The notes beneath the pieces are model-generated. The model was not told where the DNA came from and made no database searches. It saw only the letters and a list, made by a program, of their open reading frames with translations. A DNA stretch of 48,575 nucleotides, filler included, from Sphacelaria rigidula (lineage: Eukaryota): assembly GCA_964200075.2 (NCBI GenBank). It is 3 parts of 3 records of this genome, joined end to end, with 100 filler letters (N's around TTAATTAATTAA, not from the genome) between each part and the next. Parts side by side here need not be neighbours in the genome. Positions count along the whole stretch, not along the records: positions 1 to 16,126 come from CAXNAA020001474.1; 2 more parts are not named here. One strand, 5' to 3'. Numbering within the stretch: position 1 is the stretch's first letter; every line of letters begins with the position of its first letter. Shown here piece by piece: positions 1 to 13,373 of the stretch. Position numbers and translations under genes: made by a program.

Positions 1-137
1 CTCAACTAGTAGAGCAAGTCATTCCAAGGTGTCAAAATCCGCTTAGCTCTCTTTTGGGGCGTAAAACGACGTAAAAGCTCCAAAAATACATTTTTCCGAT
101 TTTTTATTTTATTTTTGTCTATTATAGGAAGCGGCCT
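1..137. mobile_element. Right arm of long-TIR palindromic MITE (family A), cut by the window edge
   Basis: Closely matches 31338-31450 and 31800-31930 (ctcaactagtagagcaagtcattccaaggtgtcaaa...ctcttttggggcgtaaaacgac...ggaagcggcct). Confidence 0.8.
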
Positions 138-2658
138 TGGAGCATCCCCAAAGAAGGTATAAATCCACACGAGCGAGGAGCCCCTTGGGAAGGACTTACG
201 GCCCAACACGCAGCATATCTGAGAAGTTATGTCTAAGGCTAGATCGTCGGCGCAAGTTGCAGGCTGAAAACGTGGATATGTCCAGCGTTCGGTGGTGTGC
301 ATGGTGTTGCTCGGTACGGGTGCCGTGCGGACCCCATGGTACGCAGATAGTTGGCGGCCACGGTTCCCGTTCCCGTCCGTCACCACGCCTAGGGTGTAGT
401 ATATGGTGTGTGCAATTCGCCTGAAAAAAGAGGCATCTCAATTGCTTTCAGCACAAATGAGAACGGCATGATCGTTTGCATGTATGCCTGGCGGTGCAGC
501 TGGTGGCTTTAAATTTTGAAAACTCCGTCTCGACCATTATAAAGTACAGCATGATTGCTGATACAATGTACTGTATCACAGTTCCCGTACCATAATAATG
601 CATGACCGCATCTGATATGCGGCGGAACCAGCGTGTAACTGCATCTCGTCTTTATTTGAATACTTTTCTACGGTAAACTCCCAATTTTCAGAGCAACTTT
701 TGTTGTGGATTTCTCGCCTTCGACTTCGCGTTCCCTCATGAAACACAGGCAACATATGCGCCAAGCGCCCGTACGATTGGGCCAGGCACAAGTTACTAAC
801 ATGGCCACACCAATTTCGGAGGATGCCGTCGATGCGCCCTCAAAGCGTCTACCCCGCAGTCCAGACTTCGTGCACTAGAGGTGAATGCATACGTGCACGC
901 GTACGTCTACTAACTTCGACATCTTGAGCGGCTGGGCGGCCGATGTGGTAGCAAACTGACACTGGTGACCCTTTCTGGATTATGACCATCGGTGGTGTAC
1001 CGACCGGCTAATAGTCTGTGGGGGTGCGCAGTTCATGACGCACGGCCTTACGCGCGCTGTAGCCGCTGCAAGGCGCTGAAACTTCGGTCAAATGTTTTGC
1101 GAACCACAGGCAACAGTTCCCTGTCGCTATATCTGGTGCGGTGCACTGCAGCAGGGCGGAGTAGAGGGAAAAGTGGTCATATTCTGTCCCGAAAAATGTT
1201 TCTTTTCTCTTGGCGCAACACTGATAAGCCATGAGATTGCACGAGCTCTACAGGGACTTCATGAACCACCTTGCTAACGAAACAGCGATGCAGAGCTTGA
1301 TCTCTTCAACCACTCTTACACCTGTCACGTTTCCTGTAAGGGGGCTCGGTGCGGGATGATGGTGCCTGGTACCCACTACTCATGCCAAAACGACGGCTAT
1401 GAAAACATACCAACGGTGAAACCTGCAAACTCATTCGTGTTACAAACTGTCATCACCCATTAGGTGAGTTTCCAAGCAAGCACGCGCGCAAGACGTGACT
1501 GTGGTCATCTGTAAAACAGTTGACCCTTTACGAACCTGGGACGCACGTGCTCCCACTTACATCCGTTACTCCTTCAAATACCGCAAAATGAGCACGAGGA
1601 AGTACTGGCGGGATATACGATGAGATACGGGCGCTGACGCTGACAGCAGCAACTCAAAGGCAATCCCGAAAAGTTCTTGTTTTAAACTGCGCATGATCGC
1701 AAAAATGCCTCCTTGCATCACCCGCCCGTGGACTACTTTTCATTACGCCTGTTCAAATATTTTGATCGCCGAGCACTTGAAACAGGCTGGCATATAAAAA
1801 CAGTGTATATTGCAACACTGCGCCTTGCTGTACCTTCAAAGTTTTCGAGCAAACTCGCACCGCTACTCTTACCGCCGCACTCTGTCTGTGTACACCCTTA
1901 ATCATTTTCCTTCAGACGGTGGGCTCGCCAGAGGATCCTCACGTCTATATTTTCGAAAATTTGCGGATTTTTCTACTCCTCGGAATTTTTGAGGCTGGTC
2001 ATCCGTGCTCCAAGCACAGTCAAGCGTATGGGAGGCGGGATCGGGGGTCGGCGGAAAGTGCAGTGTATATATACTCGAAGAAAAAGAAGTGCAAGGGGAG
2101 CAATGCCGGCACAACCCGATAATTTTGTGCAAACAATTGGAGGAGGCCATCTGCTTCACGTTGTTGTGATGTAGAGGGGGCGGAGTAGCTGGGGGAGGGG
2201 AAGGGTGGGAAGCGATAAGTCGGGAATACAAACACAATGCAGTAGTTCTCCATGGCATCCCGTCCGAGCGAGCAACCTTGCGCTGTACTAGTACTGTTTG
2301 CAACCAAAGAACAAGTGCATCGGTCTACATAGAACCGGGAGAACTGTTCGCCTTGTACCTGTCTACCTTGCACAAGGTCATCAGTCGCTAGCAAATAAAG
2401 AGCTGCTTCATGTCAGGCATTTTTTGGACTCATGCTGAAAATACAGGAAGAGTTGTGACAGCTCGCCCCCGCTAGTCTAACCCCAAATACCCCGCTGGTA
2501 CTTCCCTGCGCAGTGACAAAGAGTGCACCTGTGCACCTGCTTTGACAGTCAAGTGCTAGTCGAGTATACCCGCACAACACGCAATCTGCCTTCGGTTGAA
2601 CGAACGAAACGAATGCATCGTGACAATAGTATAGTGTAGTTCAGTATCGCAAACTCAC

Positions 2659-3330
2659 AAGCTTGGCCACTTGAAATTCCAGCATAGCCTGGTTCCGATA
2701 GGCGGGCTTGTTCTTCACCACCTTGATGGCGACGATATCCTTGGTCGCGTGATCCTGACAGCGAAACACCTGACCGAATGTCCCCTGCCCAAGCAAATCA
2801 AGGACCGAGTAACTCGTTCCGGGGGCTTCCAATATATCGTTCACTCTAGCAATCAAGTTGAACTCCGCATTATCTAGCCCGTTGTTGCCGCCGGGAGCGC
2901 TGGGCACAGTCAACACCCTTCGCGGCACATTGGGAGTAAACCGGAACAACGGGTTGCGTGCCGAGTACGTCGAGCACATGTCCCTCGTGAGCGCAAGGGC
3001 GGGGGAGCAATGTCGCCTAGACCTGGCCCCCCCGCCCCCCCCCGCGCTGCCTACCCTGGGTGGGCCACTGCCGCTGCTGGGTGACAGTCCACCGCCGCGT
3101 TGTTGGTGGTGTCGATGCCGCGGCGGCACGCGCGGGGCAGGGGACCTTCGTTCTTCTCCATGAGGTCGAGCGGCGTTATTATTGTCGTCTCGTGAGGTGT
3201 TGTTTCTATAACAGGCTGTGAAGGCCAAAGGGTAGAGAGTAGCGCGCGGGCCCGAAATCCCCCGATTGCTACTGTTGCTGCTGCTATTGTTGGTGCCGCC
3301 TGAGCCTCGGGATGGAGGTCGTCCCGTGTT
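2659..3330 (-). CDS. YAK1: YAK1-type DYRK-family kinase, exon with pre-kinase region and subdomains I-III; remaining exons not identified in the window
   Basis: LTRDMCSTYSARNPLFRF, PRRVLTVPS..NNGLDNAEFNLIARVNDIL, YSVLDLLGQGTFGQVFRC..VAIKVVKNKPAYRNQAMLE are YAK1-like motifs. Acceptor tgtcgttcag|AAC at 3331/3330; donor CTT|gtgagt at 2659/2658; both phase 0. Confidence 0.85.
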
Positions 3331-4095
3331 CTGAACGACAGGGGAAGAAGGGGGGGGTGGGAGTAAAACATCGGTGTTGCTTTTTGATGCTTTGATGTAT
3401 CCGGTCTCCCATCTTACAACGGGGAACATGTGATTGTGATATGATTTTTTTCTCAGGAGGGATGGGGGGGGAGGGGGCGTGCAGCATGAGGCAGTTGCTG
3501 TTTAGGGGTATTTGAGGGCGGTAGTCGGGGGGGAGTGAAGAGGGGGGGTGGGGGGGTGAGGGGGGTAGGGGAGGAAGAAGCTGAAAGCTCGCGTTCATCA
3601 CTTCAGGGGATGATTGAAGAGCAGGCGTTATAGCAGACATACTGTGCTCTCTACGCTTCCGTCATCACGTCGTAGTTCATCTTTGATTCTGCCGTGTCGA
3701 ATACTTCTATGGCGTGCCCTCCTCCTGCAGGTTGCCTTTGAAAAATGGCATCAAAATAATCATGTCTCCATTGTATACGAGACAAATGATGATGTTCTGG
3801 TAAGAAAGGTAGCATGTGCCACCCAGGCAAGTTTTCAAAAGGCAGATTCGCATGTGATCTTGTCTCGATCGCCAACTGTTTCTCCCACACTACGGCAGAG
3901 CTCAAAAACACACACGTCAACAATCCTTACCCGTGTCGTGTGCTACATACAAATTGTACAAGCACCCAGGGCGAATCGGGAGGAAGAGATCACCAGCTCA
4001 ACAGCTTTCCAGGTTTTGGACAAAACAACGGAACACTCGGGACACATTTACACTAAAGTATTTGTAAACAAAACGCGGGGCAAAAAAATAGGCAC

Positions 4096-4371
4096 CTGCT
4101 TGTTCGAACCAGCATACGCGTCCTCCTCCAAAACCTCCTCCTCCTCCTCCTTCTTCATAGACAAGCATCCACCCTCCTTCCGCAGCTGATGCTGCTGCTT
4201 CTGCTGCTGCTGCTGCTGCCGCCGCCGCCGGGATACCATTTGAGCCTGAGATGCTGAAGGCGGTGCCACCTCCGGCAGCACCTCCCCCTCAGACTCCAAC
4301 TTGATGCTCGCTGCCGCGTTTCCAATTCCTTCATTGAATCGCGGAGAGAGTCTGGTGCTCTCTTGCTCCAT
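4096..4371 (-). CDS. Probable first exon of the YAK1-type kinase (poly-Q/poly-E low complexity)
   Basis: ATG at 4371 (MEQESTRLSPRF...QQQQQQKQQHQ...EEEEE...SNKQ), donor CAG|gtgcct. 92 codons, phase 0, compatible with the 3330 exon. An intervening exon at 3440-3900 cannot be excluded. Confidence 0.55.
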
Positions 4372-5818
4372 GCTTCTACAACGCCGCCTCCAACCCCCCC
4401 CCCCCCACCCACCCACCCTGAGGATCAGTCTTCCCCAGAGGCGATGTAAACCCTGTGGTCCCTTGCTAATCCCCCCCCACCCCCCAACCCTCCCCCCTCC
4501 TCCCCTTTGCCCGGTACCACGTGACAGCTGTACGGCGTGTGCTGTACTGTACTGTTGACGTGCTGCCCCTTTTGTATGCTACTCGAAGTGACCGAATTTC
4601 AGCGAAGACAAAGTGCTTGTTGTAGTGTTGGCACCCTGTTCGCTATACGGCAGGTACCAAAGGTGCAGGGCGAGGAGAAGACGGACTTTCAAATGAGTTA
4701 GTACAAGGTGAAGATGACACAGGGATCTGGTTATCCACCTTGTGTTGTTCCGATCGAACTTTGGGTCAGTGGCAGGTGTTGTCCCAAACCCAGCTCTACT
4801 AATGTTGTTGCCACACTTGAGTGCTTTTTTGACATTTTTTTTTTTCGAAAGTTGCCTGTGTACCCTTTATATGTTCTATGATAGGCTGAATAGGGTACAT
4901 GATGTTTTTGTTGAGTTTGATCTTCCCTTCCGGGATGTTTCGGCTCTCGCTTGTTCAGTACATTCATTTTAACAGCAAGTGTAGCTTGATTGTTCCCAAC
5001 CCACAGCGGGATATATACGCGGCTACGGCACCGCCAGGTGGTGGTTGGAGTCACACGTAGGCTTCCTTGTGAGGGATTGGATGGGAAGGTGAGCGTTTTG
5101 CAGAGGAGCAAACTGCTTTAGTACGTAAACAAAACGATGAGCTGCTTTCATTGTTACCCGCCTTCTCGATGCTTTGAATCACCGTTTTAGACCTGTGTGG
5201 ATGCATGTGACACAGAAGCAATTGTGTGAGGCCCTAAGCGGCCAGATGAGGGTGCTACGAGCGAAAGGCTGATTTTTTCTTTCAAGACTTCCGTGAGAGT
5301 AGTAGTGCCCAAGTCTGTGCTATGTAGGCTCAACTCCGCCCAACACCTCATCATGAATAAACCCAATTATGCGACACGAAATAAGTCGAAATCCTGTGTG
5401 AGCGCCGTGCTTTGTACTGTTTCACGTATCTATATTATACTCAGTATACAACAGTACCGCAGCGCAGTTCAGTACCGACAGTACCACCGTAGTTGACAGT
5501 TAAGTGGATCATGCGACCCGGTAGAACATGTGCATCTCACGAGCACGGCCTGCGTCTTCTGTACAGGCGCCGTGGGCGAACCCGCGACCTGCCTCAAAAA
5601 CGAAAGCGCAATCGTACTTGTCCCACTCCCGCCACCCAGGTTGAAACCAAAGTGGACACAACGTCCAGGAACTCACTGGAACTGACAGAAGTCTACAAAA
5701 CATCGGATATTGAAACGCGCGATCGTACAGCACGCAGCAGCGACCGCTGAACACGTGCTATTTCCACCAAGGTTCGGAGTAGTACTAGCCGCCATCAACC
5801 AGTGAGTAAGCGGACAGA

Positions 5819-6596
5819 ATGCGTCGGCCGCGAACACCATCCTACAGCAGGAACGACAGCATCAATCATTTCTCTCTCTGGACGGGAGCAGAACGTCCTT
5901 TTGGTAGTGAAGCAGCACCATCAAACGTATCGAGACGACGACGGAAGGCTGCGCGAGGTGGGCCAACCCGGTGCTGCGGCGTCGTGGCATCACTCGCAGC
6001 GGCGTCTCTCGTGCTCGTGCTGCGGTGCGGTGCTTTTCATGTCCATACACTGCCGCGACCGAGAACACACAACACGGCAGCTGGCATCGACAGCAATGCT
6101 GGCTACCGCTACCGATATCGTAACTCTGCCCGTGCTATGCCAGGATTGAACGCTGTAGCGCCCGAACGAGTGGCCTCACCCGCAACGACCAGGGGGCTTG
6201 ACGAAGCAGGGGACACGTCGGCTGTGCTCGACGATCTCGCAAGGGTAGATATTGACGCTTGGGAAGGGCACGAACGGGGGTTTGACTGGTACCTGGAGCA
6301 AGCCAGGCGAGGCATGACGCGCGGCACCGCGGGCTTCAGTCCCCTGAGAATGGCGTTCTGGCGGCCGGCCGAGGAGGAAGCGGAGGAGCTTAAACCTTGG
6401 GATTCGCTGTACATCATTTTAAGGAATGTGGCGCAGATGGTCGGCTTGCCTTCATTGGATGGGGCGCCCATGGCTAAAATTGAACCTTACAAGGGAAGTT
6501 GGTGGACGTTTCTGCAGAAGGTATCCAACGGTCGGTTGGAGGAACTGGCAGGAGGGCCGCTGTTTTTGATGCTGGAGAAGTATTTCTTGGCCGAAG
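5819..6596 (+). CDS. CYP97: CYP97-family cytochrome P450, exon 1 (start codon uncertain)
   Basis: Ends LEELAGGPLFLMLEKYFLAEG, a CYP97-type N-terminal segment. Donor GAAG|gtacag is phase 1 and joins exon 2 as [10 protein letters not shown]. Hydrophobic stretch ending CGAF resembles a stramenopile plastid presequence. Confidence 0.85.
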
Positions 6597-9470
6597 GTAC
6601 AGTCTACATGTGTGTTTGGAAAGAGCGGGTTCAAATATATATGTTCTGGTTTAGGGCACTCATGTTTACGGTGGTCGTCTATAGATCGACCTTGGGTGCT
6701 CCCGGACGAGAGAGGTGACAGGGATGAGGTGACAAGGATTGCGTGTTCGTTACAACTGACGATGCGTCTGGTGCGAAAACCAAGAGGACGTATGGGTCGT
6801 ACGACAGCGCGTGCTCTATGACACGGCACACGCTGTGGTACTGAACCACATCTGTCGTGCCCTCGGTCCAATCGATCCAAATTGTTCCTGTACTGTCTTC
6901 TTCATTTCCATACGTTGACACTGCTGCCGGTGTGTTTTCCCCCACGCCTTCCCCCCGATTCCAAGGTGCCACGACAGTACAGTACAGAGTAGCACGCGAG
7001 GCACAAATCGTTCGCATTATAAATCTATTAATGCCAGCATTTTAGTTTGTACAGAAATTGCGGGGCGGTTGTACTGAAGCGTTCTTGGGGACTCACTGCA
7101 ACAACAGCAATACCTCCATCACTAACCAAAGGAAGATGCATGGATGTTTGACTCTCCATGTGCAGACTTCCATGGCCCAGTCGTACGCTTTAGCAATCGT
7201 GTCTGCGCTGTCGTGCAACCTACAGCAGAGAAGAGATTCGGTGGTACGTTCGGGGCAGCGCATGATGGCCAGTGCAACGGACGTTGCAACGTACACTTTG
7301 TCGCCGTTTGTACTGTCGCGTGCCGGGCACGTTTTTTTTTATGTTTATTGAGGGGTCACAAACAACGATACGAATTTCCCAGAGAGTACTCTACCGGAAG
7401 ATAACTCTCAACCAAGCTGCCCGTAGAAGAAGCCAACGTACCGAGTGAAACTTTGGTTTGTTACTCGCGCTTCAGCACACACATTCACTTTGCCCCGGAT
7501 CCTTAACAACATGAAGTGAAGAGCAAGAGTCGAATCTGTACTTGCGGTGGTCTTTTTTCAGCTGGTACTACGGCACACCCATTATGAATAGACCACGCCT
7601 GTCGGTGCGTCAAGTGAGGAAGCGTGCCCTGGTCCGTGTGAACGTCCTGCACGATCCCCGTGGACACCGAACCTCGCGGAGTTTCTATGCTGACGTGTCG
7701 ACGTCTGCTGGGCCACGCTCTCGGTTTAACTTGAAACTTGCGTCCAGCCACACCACAACCGAAGCGGAGTTGGGCAATTATTCACTTCGTGTCACGTGGA
7801 GCGTCGTTGCCTAGACTTTCGATCTTGGCGGGATACGCGATCGACGTGGTGAAGCCATATTGGGGTCATCTATACCTATTCGCTCAAGGGCACTTCTGCG
7901 GTCATCAAGGCCAAGGCTTGCGGGCCCAATCTGGATTTGAGAGGAGGAAAAAACGTCATCTAACTGAAGAATTGGTAGAAGACCCCAAACCCGAGATGTC
8001 TTCAGCAATAATTTATATGTTGTCTTCCCCACGTCCAAAACCCCCGAACGACAAAAAAACCCATCCCTTCGCATGGATCTGTTGACTCAAAATACTCTAA
8101 ACATGCCATCCCGTCCACCACGTCTAAACATCAAACATACCATCCGTTTATATAGATGTATCTATCGATGATGTTGTCTTCCCCTTTTTATTTAGAGAAC
8201 AAAACAAGTAGAAAAAAAACGCACCGAACCCCCACGCCTACAAGGTAAAGAAAAGGGTTGGGAGTTTCTGTGCCACCCGGTAAAAACTGTGAACCACCCC
8301 CCTGAAATGGATTTTGTCATTGAGCCCCCGTTCACTAGAAAATGACGAATGTTACATCGGAGATGACCAATCCAGGGGTATTCAAGATGAGATACCGAGA
8401 AAAAGCAAGCCTCGAATCGCATTCACGCTGTCGAATTAGTGGGGACTGTGGGAAGCTGTGCGGGTAAATCGGGCGAAGTCCGACTTCGCAAACGCCAAAT
8501 CAAGTTGCAGCACTTGGACTGACTGGCCCCGACCAATTCGTTTGAATTTAGGCCCACTTGCGGACTAATTTTGCCCCGCTTTGCTTCGGCTGCTTCAGTA
8601 CATTCAATTCTTCATCAAAAGTAAAAGTATAGTGCATGGCACGACTATTGAAAAACGTCTTCATGCAGTGGTGATGTCTCACGTGGAGATCGAACCCGCG
8701 GTTTTTCCAGGGATAAAACAGCAGTCGTCCTTGTTCTCTCGCAAACAGACGGTGGTGCTCCTGACTACCCTAGAGGCATATGGTAGGAGCGTCTATTGTT
8801 TTGACGTTGCCTCTCCATGTGTTCGGAAGCATAATGTCCTCCCCAAATGATGCATACGTCAAATAACATCCCCCCAGGTGAGGGTATTTGGGGAGTTGAT
8901 ATGATCATCTCATCGTCGGGGAGGGTGGAAAAGGTGGTCTCGAATCAGCAAGGAGGATGTTAACGTTCTAGTGACCACTGGCGTCTTCGGGGGCATCGCT
9001 ATGCGTACGTAACAGACCCTGAAGGTAGACTATGACACGAGCGCCTACAAGGAGGGGATGGCGCATCTGCCCCTGGGTGCCTGCAGTTATGTTGAAAGAA
9101 ACGGAAGGTGTAATATATGATTATTAGGGTAGATTGTATTATTTATGCGGGTGTAAGAGGTCGTAAAGCAGTAGGGTAGGGGAATATGTTATAAAGGTCC
9201 CTTCCGCATATTCGGCGGTATCGCCGATGCCTATACGACTGACCAGAACTGTAGATAACGCCATCATCGTGTTCAGAGAGGGGATTGAGCGGTATCATTC
9301 TCAGGTGGGGAAAAGCGGTGCATCAGATGAATACTTGAGTGTTCACGAGTTATATCGATGCGTTTGTGTGTTCATGTGCATCTCCATTCATGTATAACCC
9401 GTCCGAACAGTTTATACCACCTGTGTGGTCATGTTTGGGGGAGGGGATGCGTGCGGTATATCTCCGAGTA

Positions 9471-10220
9471 AGGCCGCTCCTTGCGGCGAACAAGAACAAT
9501 TTCTGCAAAAGTGCCTTCTTGGGGCTTCTCCGTCGTTTTACGCCCTCGACAAGAGCTAGGCAGATTTTGACACATTTGAATGCTTTCCTGGACTCGTGGA
9601 GACGGTTACAGCACACATGTGCGTTTTTTCTGGCAGTATACCTAAGGAAATGTACGTAAACAATGGTTGGTACTCGATTTCACTTGATTTCAGACTGAAG
9701 AAAGTTCTGAGAAAATTCATGACTTCGGGCAAGTGAGTAGTCGTGAGCAGTAGACCCAGCTCGTTCAGAACGTGTTTTAGTCCACAATCGGCTCAAAGGC
9801 GCCGATTTGGGCTCTGGCAACGCTAACTTTGTCCAAGAAACACTCTGCATCCCCCTTGCCCGAGGGTTCTCGGTATGCCTTGGTCGGAGTTATGGTTCGG
9901 GTTGACGGCATCTCCATAGAACCAACTATTGTTTACGTACATTTCTCCAGGTCCCCTCTTTTCTGATGACAGCCGTTTATTTCTTGCCCAAACTTGCATT
10001 TTCTCGGAGAACGGTCAAGTCCAGACATTGATGATTTTTTCTGAATTTGACCGGTCACCGGACTAACGCGCAGGTGTGCTGCAACCGTCTCAAGGAGTAC
10101 AGCAAGGCATTCCAAGGTGTCCCAATCCGCCTAGTTCCCTTTTGAGGCGTGAAACGACGTACGAGCTCCGAGAAGGCACTTTCCCAGATTTTTATGCTTG
10201 TCTGCCGTGAGGAGTGACCT
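9471..10220. mobile_element. Diverged family A TIR element in CYP97 intron 1
   Basis: Ends aggccgctcctt... and ...gaggagtgacct. About 150-bp imperfect inverted arms (9471-9625 vs 10065-10220) similar to the 30987-31930 elements. Confidence 0.7.
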
Positions 10221-10414
10221 GGAGAACTGTTTTCTTCATTTTTCATATTTTGAACTGTACCAGAATACTCTTACATCATCGCAAAGTATTGCAATTCGCG
10301 CCTATAGGCTAAAATAGTGGATACCATCCCCATTCACGGTAGAAACCAAGCTTGCGTTTCTGTAGGTTCTGCCGGCTAGAGTTGGGGTAATTGCAGAACT
10401 ATAGTTGCCGCCAC

Positions 10415-10494
10415 GCCCCGGTGGTGTAATGGTCCGACTGTCGTCGTTAAGGTGGAGTGAACGAGGGTTCGAGTCCCGATTCGTTGGGTTTTTT
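10415..10494 (+). mobile_element. tRNA-derived SINE-like head with Pol III A and B boxes; 3' extent unknown
   Basis: GCCCCGG start, A box TGGTGTAATGG (10422-10432), B box GGTTCGAGTCC (10466-10476), then a T run. No acceptor-stem pairing, so not a functional tRNA. Confidence 0.55.
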
Positions 10495-11696
10495 CTTCGT
10501 AGTGAGTGATTTCCACCGTGGAAAGGGTGTGAACTTGAGTAAACAAAATAGTCGACTGAGCGTTCAACATGGGTTGACGCGGTGCGTCAACGATAGTCCA
10601 AATTCGCAAGTGATTGAAACGCAAAGCTTGTATCGGGGAGAGAGTAACTTATCCGTCGGGACCACGGACTCGTCCCGAGGAAGGAAAGGGGTTCAAATTG
10701 CGACAAATGAAGAAAGGAGGAAAATAAAGAAAATAATTTATGTTTTTTTGGTGAACACCCTCTCGAACCACACCGGATTGTTCGCAACACGGCAGGATAC
10801 CCTGCCGAATCACGTCGGAAACCTCGCTACACATTTTGATATTATTTAGTATGCTGGTTTGGTATGCCAACCGAAAATTCTCCACTTCCGGATGTGCTCT
10901 ATAGAGCACGCCTTTGGAAACTACCCCTGGGCATGGCTGTTTTCCCGCCCCCTGTACAGTACCACCAAGAACTCGTCGCTCAAATCCAAGTTGAACAAAA
11001 TTATTCACATACTAAGATGCGTAATCTAGATGGACTTAATATTCCATACTGTACGCAGTACACTTTTTTGTCAAAGTAATCTTTTGTCCATGGTGTGGTC
11101 ATCTGTCAAATTTTGACGCGTCAAACTGCTCATGAGCTAGTGTACCCAAAATAAGTAGTCGAAGAGGACTTCTCAGACCCGATGTCCCAAGAACACAAAA
11201 TACGTGACATCAGGATCCGAGAAGTCGAAGCGCTATCTTGGCTATATTCCGCGTGCCCGGCATTCGGCGCTGTAGGGAGAAAATGTGGGAAAAAAGATCA
11301 AAACAAGCTAGCTCATGAATTGGAACAAGCACCAATAAGTAGTAACTTTGGTTTCTTAATAAGGGTTACAACTCGGGAAGTCTCGAAAACGTGGCCTTGA
11401 CGATCGCGCATGTGCCCTCAATTTTCTCCGTCGAAATTTTCGTCGCCAATCGAAGACAGCACAACGTCTTCCTCTTTTCACGTTTCGCACCATACTGAAT
11501 ACGAAAGTGCGCGCCATACAACCGATAGTACTTTGATTTGCCTCGTTCTACATACACGAACCGTCCGCTCTGGTCCACCTGTGCACCAGACCTCTCGGTC
11601 GTCGTCGCTCTTGTTCTCCGTTGCTGAAATCGTCCAGTGTCGTGTATTGTGTACCTGTTTTGATGTTTGACGTGGTGTTGGTGTTGCGCGCGGCAG

Positions 11697-11815
11697 GACC
11701 GGTTTACAAGTTGGCGTTTGGACCTCGGTCGTTCATCGTGGTGTCTGACCCGGTGATGGCGAAGCACGTGCTCAGATCAGGCGTGACGGACTACGACAAA
11801 GGGGTATTGGCGTCG
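11697..11815 (+). CDS. CYP97: CYP97 exon 2
   Basis: (G)[39 protein letters not shown]; acceptor ggcag|GA, donor TCG|gtgag. Confidence 0.92.
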
Positions 11816-12511
11816 GTGAGAGCGAAAGAGACAAACTTGGCGTATTTACACAACAAATTTGTCTGCTGCGGTGTAGCCGCGCAAGTGTTGATCGCCTGTC
11901 GTACTGTACTGTGCAGTTTTGTGACGTCAAGAGCGTGCTGTAAGCACGCTCCCGGGACGGTTTTGAGCTGTTGTTGAAGGCAGAGAAGATATTCCATGTA
12001 TGCCGAATTGTTTCTCTACTGATTGTTTTCAAGTATTGGCTACGGCGGAGGGGCTCCTTGGATGGCTCTTGTCCCACTAGTCGGAGAATTTTGAACGGTG
12101 TATCGACTGACTGTCTTTGTCCGGTTTGTCTCAATTTTTTCACGGGGAGAGGGGAGTGAGAGCTCCGCGCGCTTCAGTGAGCACTGTATATTCGTGTAAA
12201 GAGACCGATATGCTTGTGGTACAGTCTACTCGACATCGCACTGCCTCTCGGCAGTGACAATGTACCGTACGTGGACGTGTGCAATCTTGATCAAAGCTGA
12301 GATATGGCGTGACGCTAGTGAAGTTACACCGAAGTTTCGCCAATTCATTGCATCTACTGTGCGATACGCTTTTCTCTCGCAACTGACTCCGCGAAGTGTA
12401 GGCTATGCTTTCCACCTGGCGTAATCGCTGCAGGCGTCTTCTCTTATCGCTTCTCTCTCCTGTCCTTTTTTCTTCGCGTGTTGCACTCGTCCTTTTGTCT
12501 TTTTGTTCCAG

Positions 12512-12862
12512 ATTCTCCAGCCCATCATGGGCAAAGGGTTGATTCCGGCTGATCCCGAGACGTGGAAAATTCGCCGGCGGGCGATCGTGCCCGGGTTCCA
12601 CAAGGCGTGGCTTAACCGCATGGTGCGGCTTTTCGCTGAGTGCGCCGACACGTTAGTCGTGGAGGCGCAAGCAGCGGCAAAGTCCGGAGAGGTATTGGAC
12701 ATGGAAGAGAAATTCTGCTCGCTGTCTCTGGACATTATCGGGCGAGCGGTTTTCAACTTTGAGTTTGGGTCGGTCAGCGAGGAGTCGCCGGTGATCAAGG
12801 CGGTGTACCGCGTCCTGCGTGAGGCAGAGCATCGCTCTAGCTCGTTCATCCCTTACTGGAAG
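12512..12862 (+). CDS. CYP97: CYP97 exon 3
   Basis: ILQPIMGKGLIPADPETWKIRRRAIVPGFHKAWL...SLDIIGRAVFNFEFGSV..ESPVIKAVYRVLREAEHRS..IPYWK; acceptor ttccag|ATT, donor AAG|gtatt. Confidence 0.95.
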
Positions 12863-13373
12863 GTATTTTGTGTTGTGTATGTTATTTCTCCATTTGTCCA
12901 GTCTCGAGTCATTTCCCCAGGAATTGTGTTGGTTGAATTCGTTCAACAATTGAACCATCTCTACACACTAATACGATTGAAATTTCAATGGTTTGCCCAG
13001 CAAAGTGTGTGGTGGACACGTCGCCAGCCCGCGATCTATGATCAATGGTGAGGTTGCATGAGCGTGAAAGATGTTGAATGCAGAGTTGTGTTGTCACTGC
13101 AGTCAGTGGTGCACCGGAGATGAAATTATCGTGTGGGGAAGCTTTCGGCGTCGCAACCTCGAGTACATGACTAGGCGAGTCTGAATTTACGCTTGGGCTG
13201 CAAAGGTATCCACTTGCATCTGTGTGTGCTGCGTTGCGGCTTTTTTTTTTTCCCACCAGGTTTCCGTGGGATAGATGCTTACACAGTGAAGGTCTGCCAA
13301 CGCGTTACCTCCCAAGATTTGCAAAGCTCATACTTGCCATCCCCTGTCCCCCCGTGCCGTTGCGGTTGTATAG

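Noticed and set aside
2020-2200. Next YAK1 exon after the acceptor-like cccccag
   Set aside because: The phase-0 frame hits a stop after 10 codons and lacks kinase subdomain IV-V similarity.
10415-10490. tRNA gene
   Set aside because: A and B boxes are present, but acceptor and anticodon stems do not pair.
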